A DNA stretch of 64,000 nucleotides from Oopsacas minuta. Its lineage: Eukaryota; Animalia; Porifera. The number at the start of each line of letters is the position of its first letter. The first letter of the stretch is position 1. Positions 12,301 through 22,924 of the stretch are shown piece after piece. The notes under the pieces are model-generated. The model did not search any database. It worked only from the letters and a program-made list of their open reading frames with translations, and was not told the origin of the DNA. The position numbers were made by a program, and so were the translations under genes. The stretch spans positions 1 through 64,000 of the forward strand of contig JAKMXF010000133.1 in the NCBI GenBank assembly GCA_024704765.1, given 5' to 3'.

Positions 12301-14549
12301 CTGCTAGCCACGGACAGACTAAGACACACAGGAAGATGGGTAACGTAGCCTCCTCCGGGTTGGGACGGGTCTGGAAGGGTACCAAGATGCCAGGTCACAT
12401 GGGAAATAAACCTAAGTAAGTTCTTTAATCTTAAATGTATTTTTAGCTACAATTATTCTATTTATAGAATGTCTTGGGCAAGAGAAGTTGTAAGAATTAA
12501 TAGGCGCCTAAATTTGGTATATCTGAGAGGAACAGTCTCCGGAACTATTGATCGGTCATGGGTACAAATTAGAGACTCTTATAAGACTCTCAAAGGTGTT
12601 ACTCTCCCTCCTATACCCTATCCTACTACCAGAGAGGAACAGGGACCAGGAGACGTGTTCTCTCAGACTATCTACGTCCCTGGAGAGGATAGCTTATTGT
12701 TCCAACATGACACAAGTAGAATGGCTAAGGAGCTGATCTCCTCGCTGGAAGCCCGTAAGAAACAGCTGGCGGATTTTGATGTACCAATTCCGAAAAAATA
12801 ATTCCATTTTGGTAATCCTGTCTCTTATTAAAGTATTCTATTAATAGTAACACTTACGGTTGATAGAGTCATTTCTCGGATTATGTAGTCAGACAGCTGT
12901 GTTATTTTGTTTAGTTTCACTTTCATAATCCCGAATATTAATTCTGAGTTTATTTCGTCAGGCCAGTATTTCTCACACTTCACCCTTTCATTCTAAAATA
13001 TAGAATATTTGCATAGCAACATACCTGTAGTAATGGAATGCTATACTTACCCCAACCATGTCATACTCTTTGCTATTTGTTAGCATTATAATATTTTGAC
13101 AACTCACTTCCCATACCATCCTCCAGAAGTCATCTAATGTCTCCAGTAACGGACCTATCTACTAATTAAATTTTGTTATATAACATGTTAACACCTTACT
13201 TACCTTGAGCTGCGATAAACTTATTCGGTTCTCTGTAAGCCTAGAATTATTAAATTCTAAAATTAGAATATTTCTATAAATAGAATAACTAACATCTATG
13301 TAATTAGCGTTTATATAATCTGAGTTTTCTTTTCCAGGTAAGATTTTTAATCTAACGCGTGAGTGATCATCTATAAGGTGTTAGAATTATAGTTCCATTT
13401 TCACACACGATTAGTTCCATATTAAATATTTTATTACTTACAAGGCGCTATATTTCTATATCTATTCTTGTGTCTGTTCTCGTCTAGCAGGGCTGCTTGG
13501 AATGTGGCTTGAGGGGCCATCTCTAGTGTCTATAATCAGAATACTAACATACTTATTGCTTCATTTGTTGCTAAGATAATTACCTCGAATTCTACTCTAA
13601 ATCCTTTATTCATATTTTCGTGCAACATCTTGACATGATTTGGTAAATCCTCTACTCTGATTGGTTGAAGTCTCCTACGGACTATCACTCAATAAAACAG
13701 AACACAAGCTATTTGATTGGTTACTCACGTGTCTCATTCATGAAGAGGCTTTGGTCCTGGAGACTGTCTAGCTCCATCACCTGACTCCCGACCATGATAC
13801 TCTTCCTCAGTCCTCCTCTAGACCTCTCTCTAATCTGTACCTCTTCATGACTAGGAGATCTGCCTAATAGGGCCAGGTACCAGGGGATCGTAGACTTCCT
13901 TCTTGTATACCTATATCACTATCTTAACAACAGCTTAGGAATATTGGAATGTATTACTGACCATAATCCAAATGCTAGCACAAGAGCCAATAGGATTGTC
14001 AGGATAATTATTATAAGAGCCATTGCAATAGCTACACCAATCAAACCTCCTTGATCTCCGCTAGGAGCTGGAGTAGGCCTACAGGATGTAACCATGTAAT
14101 CTGATTGGATAATATTAGCCAATGAATACTCACTCATTACTTGTATCTGTTTCTGGTGACGTCACTATAGTACTAGTAGTCTGTGATGTCATTCCTAGCG
14201 TAGATTGTGTCATGGTGGTATTCGTTGCCATAGTTACATTTGTGGCCATTGTGCCATTCGTAGCAATTGTGGCATTCGTAGCCATTGTGGCATCCGTAGC
14301 AATTGTGGCATTCGTAGCCATTGTGGCATTCGTAGCCATTGTGGCATTCGTAGCAATTGTGGCATTCGTAGCCATTGTGGCATTCGTAGCCATTGTGGCA
14401 TCCGTAGCAATTGTGGCATTCGTAGCCATTGTGGCATTCGTAGCCATTGTGGCATTAGTTGTCATAGTTGTATCCGTAGGAGGATCTGTAGCAAACAGCT
14501 GATATTGTGTGAGAATGCATAACAGAAATATTCCAGCCAATATTTGCAT
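8249..14549 (-). CDS. PTPRA-like: Receptor-type protein tyrosine phosphatase, R4 (PTPRA/PTPRE)-like: signal peptide, short Thr-rich ectodomain, one TM helix, tandem D1/D2 domains
   Basis: D1 has WPDHGVP and [11 protein letters not shown]; D2 has WPN and VHCEDGVGRTG; last exon ESFDAYANF resembles the PTPRA Y-A-N-F tail; TM helix at ~13960-14040; introns 9008-9355 and 10413-12857 hold nested genes. Confidence 0.88.
9064..9303 (+). CDS. COA6: Cytochrome c oxidase assembly factor 6 (COX6B/CX9C family), intronless, nested in an RPTP intron
   Basis: [16 protein letters not shown]...[24 protein letters not shown]: four-Cys COA6 pattern with the conserved W..F..KR. Confidence 0.88.
9301..9346. repeat. 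(TAA)n microsatellite starting at the COA6 stop codon
   Basis: About 15 perfect TAA units directly visible. Confidence 0.95.
10437..11578 (+). CDS. PPA: Family I soluble inorganic pyrophosphatase, multi-exon, nested in an RPTP intron
   Basis: [58 protein letters not shown] motifs; a 46-nt exon 1 (10437-10482) splices in frame to the Met at 10536. Confidence 0.93.
11655..12801 (+). CDS. MRPL3: Mitochondrial ribosomal protein uL3m, 3 exons, nested in an RPTP intron
   Basis: [11 protein letters not shown]; [39 protein letters not shown]; [10 protein letters not shown]; basic N-terminal presequence. Confidence 0.93.
14220..14460 (-). repeat. 18-bp coding tandem repeat encoding ([18 protein letters not shown])n in the RPTP ectodomain
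   Basis: About 13 units of GCCACAATGGCTACGAAT; explains the four overlapping spurious ORFs in the track. Confidence 0.95.
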
Positions 14550-14984
14550 TCCTAATCTCCAAGTTTGTATCTAAGTTTAGAAAATATTTAAAATATTTAA
14601 TATTTGTAATTTCTAACGAATTTAACCAGAAGCATAACCAATCAGATTGCGTGTTTGCATAGCAACAGTTTGATTCTTGAGAATGTGTAGAATGATGGGC
14701 CTACTGTTATTTGATACTATTTTGCCTTTTATGACTTTAAATTCTTAGTTCTAGAATTGGTTTCAAATCAAAACTAATTCATTGATCCTTAATCAGCCAA
14801 TAAAGGTGTGATTTTGGCTTCGGCGCCTAAACTTTGAATTTGAATCAGCTGATTGGCAGAAACCAGGAATTTTCAAGCCACACAATCTGATTGGTTCCTA
14901 TTTATACTTCTGTGACTAATGCTTTTCATTCTAAGTTCAAACAATCATTTTCTTGTTTCCGTATTAGTATATTTTCACACTTTG

Positions 14985-16469
14985 ATGTCCGAGGAGAGTA
15001 GAACAGTCCAACTGATCGGAGGGAGTCCCTGGGGGTTCAGCATCCAGGGGGGTGCAGATTTCAGAGCCCCTCTCAAGGTGACAAAAGTATCCCCTGGCGG
15101 AAAAGCAGATTTGGCAGGTGTTCAACTGAATGACATCATAAAGGAAATAAGTGACAGAGATTGTATTTCTCTGCGACACAGCGAGGCTCTGTACCTCATC
15201 CGTACTTCTGGGACCTCTCTCTCCATCCTCCTCCAGAAGGGAGGGTCTACCCCTGCCCCTTATCTGCCCCCTAAACAGCTGATTAGATCCGCTACAGTCC
15301 CAGCTCGCCGTAGTCCCAGAAAGATACAGCCTAGTCCTGATAGGAGTCCTGGTAAATCAGGAGGGGAGGGTGATGGGGTAGGAGGTCACGAATGGTACAA
15401 GGCTATGCACAGATCTGGGGGTTCATTCTCAGGAGAGGACTCTAGGTACTTTAGTTCCTCTGGAGAGGAGAGGAAGGTTCCTCCAGGTCCAATCAAAGCC
15501 AAACCTAAATCAGTGAATAAACCTGCATCCAATGGATCTGTTCCTTCTCAGAAACTGATCCCTCTTCCTGAGAAACTGACACCTCCTCCTGAGAATCTCA
15601 CTCCCCCAGATGACCTGTCTCCTCTTACTCCAGATGACCAGTGCTCTCCTACAGATCCCCTCAATCAAATCCCTGAGGATCTTTTCATACCTCCCATGTC
15701 TATCCCTAATCTCATACAACCAGTAACACCTAAACAGAGCTCTGATCCCATCTCTGCCCCCTCAGGAGAGGGAGGAGTCAAGAAGAGGAGTTCAGGGAAG
15801 AAGAGACGGGAGCTTAAACCACCTCCATCTGATTGGTCAGTTGGTCAATATGACTTTACAGCCGAGACTAAACACGAACTAAGTTTCAAGAAAGGTGATA
15901 AACTGAAATTACTCAGAACTGTTGATAAAAACTGGTTAGAAGCACAATTAGGAACTAAAAAGGGCATAATTCCTGTATCCTTTGTGGAACTAACACCTAA
16001 AGTTGTTACTCAGCCACTTAACACCTCTCCTTGTGCTGTAGCTAAATTCGATTTTACGTCAGAAGAAAGTTACGAATTAGGCTTTAAGAAAGGTGATAAG
16101 ATTCAAATTATTTCCCGCGTTGATGAAAACTGGTTACAAGGACGATTGGAGAATTCTACTGGCATATTTCCTGCTGCTTTTGTTGACATTATAGCCCCAC
16201 TAGAAGTGTCAGTTCCGGTTGAAACAATAGTTCCAGTTGAGAATGAGATCCGTACTCGTGTACCAACTGAGTCTTCCCCTGAGCCCATTCAAGGAGACCT
16301 GTACCGCGCCCTCTACGCCTACTCCCCTCAGAATTCTGACGAGTTATCACTTGACGTCGGTACAGAGGTACACGTAATTAGGAAGTGTGAAGACGGTTGG
16401 TACATGGGATATCATGGTATCACTGGAGCTTTCGGTACATTTCCTGGAAACTATGTTAAACCTATATAG
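14985..16469 (+). CDS. Intronless adaptor: N-terminal PDLIM-type PDZ, Pro-rich linker, three C-terminal SH3 domains (vinexin/CAP/SORBS-like)
   Basis: GGSPWGFSIQGGADF PDZ; SH3 motifs YDFTAETKHELSF, FDFTSEESYELGF, ALYAYSPQNSDEL...FGTFPGNYVKPI; HEWYKAMH resembles the SoHo WYK.M core. Confidence 0.85.
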   Translation: MSEESRTVQLIGGSPWGFSIQGGADFRAPLKVTKVSPGGKADLAGVQLNDIIKEISDRDCISLRHSEALYLIRTSGTSLSILLQKGGSTPAPYLPPKQLIRSATVPARRSPRKIQPSPDRSPGKSGGEGDGVGGHEWYKAMHRSGGSFSGEDSRYFSSSGEERKVPPGPIKAKPKSVNKPASNGSVPSQKLIPLPEKLTPPPENLTPPDDLSPLTPDDQCSPTDPLNQIPEDLFIPPMSIPNLIQPVTPKQSSDPISAPSGEGGVKKRSSGKKRRELKPPPSDWSVGQYDFTAETKHELSFKKGDKLKLLRTVDKNWLEAQLGTKKGIIPVSFVELTPKVVTQPLNTSPCAVAKFDFTSEESYELGFKKGDKIQIISRVDENWLQGRLENSTGIFPAAFVDIIAPLEVSVPVETIVPVENEIRTRVPTESSPEPIQGDLYRALYAYSPQNSDELSLDVGTEVHVIRKCEDGWYMGYHGITGAFGTFPGNYVKPI

Positions 16470-16698
16470 TGACTGATTGACTACTCAAATACTACCTAGC
16501 TACACTTACAGTTTCAGCTCTGCATTCCATAGTAGTGATCTGGTAACTAAGGATCTATGTATTTACTTTTTGATCTAAATACCCCAGTCATTGTTATTGT
16601 TTATTGTTGTGTTGTTTTTATATTAATAGGGTGTTAAAGTAAGAATAATTACATGCTCTGCATTGTTTGTTTGTTTGTTTGTTTGTTTATTTGTAGCT

Positions 16699-17338
16699 AT
16701 GGGTAACAAATTTGACAAAATAATCGATGGTGTTTATCAGGGGAACATGGATGGCGCTAAAGATAAAGCTGGACTGAAGGCTGCGGGAATTACTCACATA
16801 GTATCAGTTAAGGATTCTCCTATAGAATTATTCCCTGGAGATTTTGTCTACCTCTTGGTGGATGCTGAGGATGTCCCCGGATACAATCTAGCCCAACACT
16901 TCGAAAGGTGTATTGGTAAGAAATGTATTATTTGTATGGTTAACACCTGTTATATCACACCCTGAACTTGTACATATAGGTTTTATCTGTTTCTAGTCTG
17001 TACATTATCTCGATATATTTCTAGATTTTATCCATGGAGCCTTGCTGTCTGGAGGTACAGTACTCACACACTGTATGGCAGGTATCAGCAGAGCATCAAC
17101 TGTTAATTGTGCCTATTTAATGACAGCTAGCGGACTACCAATGAATGAGGTGTTAAAAGCAATTAGGATTAAGAGAGAAGTAGCCAATCCAAACGGAGGA
17201 TTTCTTAAACAGCTGTCTCAATATGAACGGGATAATCTTAAAAATCAGAGAGTCCGATTGTTCCAAAAGTTCCCCAATTCCGATGATTTAACCGCCAGAA
17301 TTGAGACAGCCATAAGAGTTATTCTGAAAGAGAAGTGA
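16699..17338 (+). CDS. DUSP22-like: Atypical dual-specificity phosphatase, DUSP22/DUSP15-like, 2 exons
   Basis: MGNKFDKI start (myristoylation-type MG); DAED acid loop; HCMAGISRAST; ANPNGGFLKQL. Confidence 0.87.
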
Positions 17339-17628
17339 TCTGATTGGTCAATTTGTGTGATTTTGTATATTTTTTATACATTATAACTTCTGTAGTAAAA
17401 CTGAAAATGTTTACATTAGTTTCCTCAGAGAAACCTCTTTTATTATAGAAATCAATTCAATTGTGTGAAGCATAATTATCTCTAAAATATGCCACATTCC
17501 TCATTACATATCTACAAATTTAAATTTGATTAGTTTGTGAAGAAAAGGTGTCAAATGTGTCTGCTGTTCGTATTCTATTTCTTTATAAAATTCTTAATTT
17601 ACATTTGTAAATATTTGTTTATTAGCAA

Positions 17629-19627
17629 ATGTCTCGAAGAGGCAAAAAGAAGGCTAAACCTGTTCCTCTCTCCACTTTTATTGGAAATGACGAATCCCCT
17701 CAGACAGCTCCCCAGTCCCACTACCGGGGCAGAAGGGACGGAGAGGTTGTCCTCCCTCAGGGTCCAAGAGCCAGTCGTGCGGTAGATGTGGATCTGAGTC
17801 GTCTCCCAACAGATCCTCCCTTCAATATTTTAATCTCTAATTTGTCATATGATTCTGAGGAAAACAGTCTTAGAGCTCACTTAGGTAATTCTATTTTTAG
17901 TAACTTATTATGTAAATATTTGTCTGTCGCTAGGGTTCATAAAAGAGATGGGTGACGTAACCTGGAACTATAAAGAAGGTAAGAAGGATGGCACAGCTTT
18001 TGTGGAGTTTCATAATCGGGACGGAGCTGTGGCAGCCCTTGGACAGACTGACACTATTTTCGGAGGAAGGAAGATAGTGATAAATGTGGCGGAAAGGAAT
18101 GAAGATGGCTCTCTTAATAGAGAGGTTCCATGGCGTAGGAAGGACACCGGTACTAGATGGGAACACGACATGTACCCTCAGAGAGGAACCTGGAGAGAGA
18201 ATAGGTTCTTATTTGTTAAATTAAAATCTTATTATTAGACAAATCTGAACTAATTAGTTTCTATTAGATTATCAATTCTATAAATAGAATTCTGCATTCC
18301 TAGAGGACGATCTCGTTACTTAGATGATAATAATGAGCCAGGAGATGACTGGCGAACTAGGGAGCAATCCTTTAGTGGTAGAGATGGTTACCATGGCAAC
18401 AGAGAGCATTCCAGAGAACGATTTCATGGCAACAGAGAAGGATTCCATAGCAACAGAGAGCATTCCAGGGATGGATTCCATGGCAACAGAGAACATTCCA
18501 GAGAAGGAATCCGTGGGAACAGAGAATACTCCAGAGAAGGATTCCATTCCAACAGAGAACATTCCAGAGAAGGATTCCATAGCAACAGAGAGAGGAGAGA
18601 TTCCTCAGACAAAGACAGCTGGCGGTCTATGGAAAGAGATAGTTCCAGTTTCAGTTCCGGACAGAGGTTCCCCGGTCGAAGGGGCAGAGTACATTCTCCC
18701 AGTTCTCCGGCTGGAGATCAGAGCCCAGAGGGCAAATGGTCCTACTCCCAGGGACGAGAGGACAGGAGGGGAAGTTGGAGGGGAAGGGAGGGAGGTAGCT
18801 CTTGGAGGGGACGAGGGGACGGTTCTTATCAGAGGTCCTATGACAGAGAGAACTCAAATGAGTCTGAATCCTGGCGTAGTTCCGGTCCTGACAGGAATGA
18901 GAGGACAGAGGAGAGAGACTCCTCCCTCACTCCTCCTCCTCCTCCTAAGGATAGAGAGCCAAGTAGTGCAGGTCCCAGCATATTCGGAGGGGCTAAACCT
19001 GTGGACACAGCTGCGAGGGAGAGAGAGATGGAGGATAAGATGACACGTTTGATGACCTCTGGAGAGGGTACAGAAGTCAGGGCGCAGAGAGGAGACAAGG
19101 GATTCAGAGAGGACAGAGGTTATAACAGAGAGGACAGAGGATACAACAGAGAGGACAGAGGATACAACAGAGAGGACAGAGGGTATAATAGAGAGGACAG
19201 GGGATATAATAGAGACCATATGGGGTATAAAGAGGATAGGAGGTACAATAGAGAGGACAGAGGTTATAACAGAGAGAACAGAGATGACAGAGGATATAAC
19301 AGAGAGAACAGAGACGACAGTGGGTATAACAGAGAGGACAGGGGTTATAACAGAGAGGACAGGGGTTACAACAGAGAGGACAGGGGATTCAACAGAGAGG
19401 ACAGGGGTTACAAGCGAGGTGATCGGAAGGAGAGGAGAGAGTTCAGAGGTGACAAGAGGGAATACAGAGACAGGAGGGGTCAATACAGATCAGAGGGTGC
19501 TGGAGAAGGGGACAGAGGTCCTAGGCGTCCCCCAGAAGCTAAATCTGCTCCCAAAGGTGTCTATCAGGAACAGAAACAACCAGAATTCGCTAAGAATACT
19601 CGCTTCAGTCTTCTCGATAGCGATTAA
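17629..19627 (+). CDS. EIF4B: Eukaryotic translation initiation factor 4B, 3 exons
   Basis: KKKAKPVPLSTF N-terminus; RRM (LPTDPPFNILISNLSYD...AFVEF); GAKPVDTAAREREME motif; D/R/Y/G-rich repeats; terminal TRFSLL. Confidence 0.88.
19090..19410 (+). repeat. 21-bp coding repeat (NREDRGY)n plus an earlier NREHS/GFH repeat at ~18390-18600 in eIF4B
   Basis: Repeated AACAGAGAGGACAGAGGATAC units. Confidence 0.9.
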
Positions 19628-19875
19628 TTACCAAAATAGGACAATGGGATTAGATTATTGTTACTTTAATTAGAATCCTTCTGTGAGAGTTCAATCTCAT
19701 GACTATACACGGGTCACATTCTTTATACTATTCCCTACCAACGTGATATTACATAGTTTAGAATTTCCTTAGCAACGTGATATGATACCGTCACGTGGTT
19801 ATTGTCATGAACATATATACCAGTAGCCTATCAAATCATTAGCTTTATTCTGTGTAATATTTATATTTAGCTAAA

Positions 19876-21536
19876 ATGAAATTCTTTGTGTTTATTCTGG
19901 TTGCTATGGCAACTATTGTGTCCTGTGAGAATATGCAGATGATAGAACTAACATCTGCTGTTAGTTCCAGTTCCAATTGTGATGTGTCTCTCTGGTGTCA
20001 AGACCGAGCCACTGCTGAAAGGTGTGATAAAGTGTCCTACTGTACCAAGTGGATATGGGGGGATGTACCTGTCCAAGATTTGTCTACCTCTAGCTGTGAT
20101 TTATGCAAGGAGGTCAGTTTAGCTCTTGAGGTGTTATCTAATTAAATACACATATTTAAACACCTTTATTAGTATGCTTATATTATTAGTTCCAGTTATC
20201 TACTAGCTATTTATTTGTAGATTTTTCAAGGGGTGTTGGCTGACAATGCGACAGAGATTGACATTATTTGTAAGGTCTTCTTCTCCGATGATCAGAATTG
20301 CAGTGCTCAGTTACACAAATTAATTGATGGAGAGACACCCGAAAAGGTTTGTCATTATGTTGGCGTTTGTCCTCAATCCGCTGATTTTGTGGTAACAAAT
20401 GCTCACAAATTCTTCGTGTCTGAGGTACAGAAACAGCCAGGACTCCCTACTGATGATTGTGATTTATGCAAGGAGGTCAGTTTAGCTCTTGAGGTGTTAT
20501 CTAATTAAATACACATATTTAACACCTTTATTAATATGCTTATATTATTAGTTCCAGTTGTCTACTAGCTACTTATTTGTAGATTATTCAAGACTTGTTG
20601 GCTAAGAATGCGACAGAGATTGACGTTATTTGTAAGGTCTTCTTCTCCAACAATCCTAATTGCAGTGCTCAGTTACACAAATTAATTGAGGGAGAGACAC
20701 CTGAAACGGTTTGTCATCGAATTGACATTTGTCCTCAATCCGCTGACTTTTCGGTAACAAATGCTCTCAAATTCTTCGTGTCTGATGATGAATGTGATTC
20801 ATGCAAGGAGGTCAGTTTAGCTCTTGAGGTGTTATCTAATTAAATACACATATTTAACACCTTTATTAATATGCTTATATTATTAGTTCCAGTTATCTAC
20901 TAGCTACTTATTTGTAGATTATTAGAGACTTGTTGGATGACAATGCGACAAAGATTGACACTGTTTGTAGGATCTTCTTCTCCGCTGATCAGAATTGCAG
21001 GGCTGAGTTACACAAATTAATTGAGGGAGTGACACCCGAAAAGTTTTGTCACCGAATTAACCTTTGTCCTCAATCCGCTGATTTTGTGGTAACAAATGCT
21101 CTAAAATTCTTCGTGTCTGAGGTACAGAAACAGCCAGGACTCCCTACTGATGAATGTGATGTATGCAAACAGGTGAGTACATATTCTCTTGATTTCCGTT
21201 ACTAAGGTGTTATATGATTAATTACTTCACACTTTATAGATTATCGATTTACTATTGAACAATACTGACACCTTTAAAAAGATTTTGGAAGGTTTGTGTG
21301 GAAAAGTGAAAACAATTAAGATTCCTTGTGATTTTCTTGTTGACGAGATTATAAGTATACTAAACAAACAAAATTCCACAACTCTATGTAGCGATATCAA
21401 ACTCTGCTCTCTCCCTCCTCCCCAGCTGTTAGGCGCTGATATGTGTACCCGTGGTCCCGCTTACTGGTGTGCCTCTCTTAGCAACGCTAAGGAATGCAAT
21501 GCATTGGAATTCTGTGAGGAGAAGTACTGGATGTAG
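19876..21536 (+). CDS. PSAP-like: Prosaposin-like precursor: signal peptide, SapA, four SapB, SapA; 5 exons
   Basis: SapA SLWCQD..TAERC..V.YC and LLGADMCTRGPAYWC; four units with six Cys each; exons 20221-20475, 20583-20810 and 20918-21172 are all phase 0. Confidence 0.88.
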
Positions 21537-21589
21537 TGACTAATCAGATTATTGGATTTATTAGTTTTAGCCTCAAAGATTTGAGTTTG

Positions 21590-21675
21590 AGTTTGTTTGT
21601 TAGTTTGTTTGTTAGTTAGTTTGTTTGTTTGTTTGTTTGTTTGTTTGTTTGTTTGTTTGTTTGTTTGTTTGTTTT
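21590..21675. repeat. (TTTG)n microsatellite
   Basis: Directly visible; a similar tract lies at 56375-56450. Confidence 0.95.
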
Positions 21676-21747
21676 GAATTATTTTTAGTACAGTATTCCC
21701 TAATTATGTTAACCAATAAGATTGCTGCTTTATAATACCTTAGCTTA

Positions 21748-22701
21748 ATGGGAGACATATTTTCGTGTTGCTATGCAACGCCAGAAAACACACCTACGCG
21801 CCAACTTCTAGGACCAGGGGAACAGCCCCCGCCTTACCACGACACATTCCTGACACCTGCTATGATGCGCCACTTAACACTTAGCGAGGAAGCTCAGCTC
21901 CGATTGGCTCAGAGGTTGGCGCTGATTCAGGCACTCCCAGCTGGTGTTTACGATGGAGCTAATACTGATTATAAAAGGATGGAGTAAGTACACAAACAAA
22001 CAAACAACAACAATATAAATAATAATAATACTAAAGTGTTACCTCTGCGGCCAGCGTTAATATATATTCAATATCTTCCCTGGATATAATTACCCCCGGG
22101 GGGTCAGGGGTCAGGGGAGGAGGGAGGTTATCTTGCTCTCTGTAACAACCATTTTTGGCGCCTTAGGTTTTTGACTTGTCAGTTTTCCCAAAGGTCAGAC
22201 AAAGGAAGTTCATTGCCAACACTCCTCCTCTTTATACATACACATCTAACTAATTTGATTACTGATAGGATAATTGTAATTAGAACTGAAACTATAAATC
22301 CTAATATGGAACTGTAATAGCACGAGATTATATGAACTTCTGGCCTATCAGATTACAGACTTAGCTCATCTCTCATGACTCAATATTTCTGATATTTAAG
22401 CTGTATTACTTTAGAATTTGTATTCTATTATTATATGAATAATTTCACACCTTCTAGATGTGTAATTTGTATGACTGAATTCATTCTGGGAGAGCCAATC
22501 AGAATCCTCCCTTGTATGCATTTCTATCACATTCCTTGTATCGATCCATGGTTGCGTCGTTCATTTGTTTGTCCTTCCTGTTTGGCGCCTGTGGATACTG
22601 CCCTCCTGTCCGCCATCTCTTTCCAGGACAACCAAGTTGAAGATAGGAATGTAGAGGATATATCTATACATTCCAGGAACGATTCTCTGTTGCTAAAGTA
22701 A
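21748..22701 (+). CDS. RNF11: RING-H2 protein RNF11, 2 exons
   Basis: PPPY motif; EEAQLRLAQRLALIQALPAGVYDG; CVICMTEF...LPCMHFYHIPCIDPWLRRSFVCPSCLAPVD. Confidence 0.92.
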
Positions 22702-22924
22702 GCTTACTTTATTATATTTGAATAATATTTATATTATTCTATTCTTAGTACAACACCTGAAGTATCTGCTCTACCTTTCTAAATCACTTATTGACTGCTC
22801 ATTTGTTGTTTCTATCTTTATCGATATATTTCTAATCTGTTAATATATATATCATTTCTTTAACAACAAACAATCAAACAAACAAACTATAACTTGTGTA
22901 CATAACTTGTAAGCAAATAGCTAG

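Noticed and set aside
14122-14522. Three extra ORFs overlapping the RPTP ectodomain (VAIVAF, CGIRSH and MPQWLR repeats)
   Set aside because: They are alternative frames of a stop-free 18-bp repeat; only the minus frame has a signal peptide and splices to the TM exon
18320-19673. Multiple overlapping ORFs around eIF4B
   Set aside because: Shadow frames of purine-rich coding repeats
22080-22230. GC-rich segment in the RNF11 intron as a possible snoRNA or structured RNA
   Set aside because: No convincing C/D or H/ACA boxes or extended stem could be identified by eye
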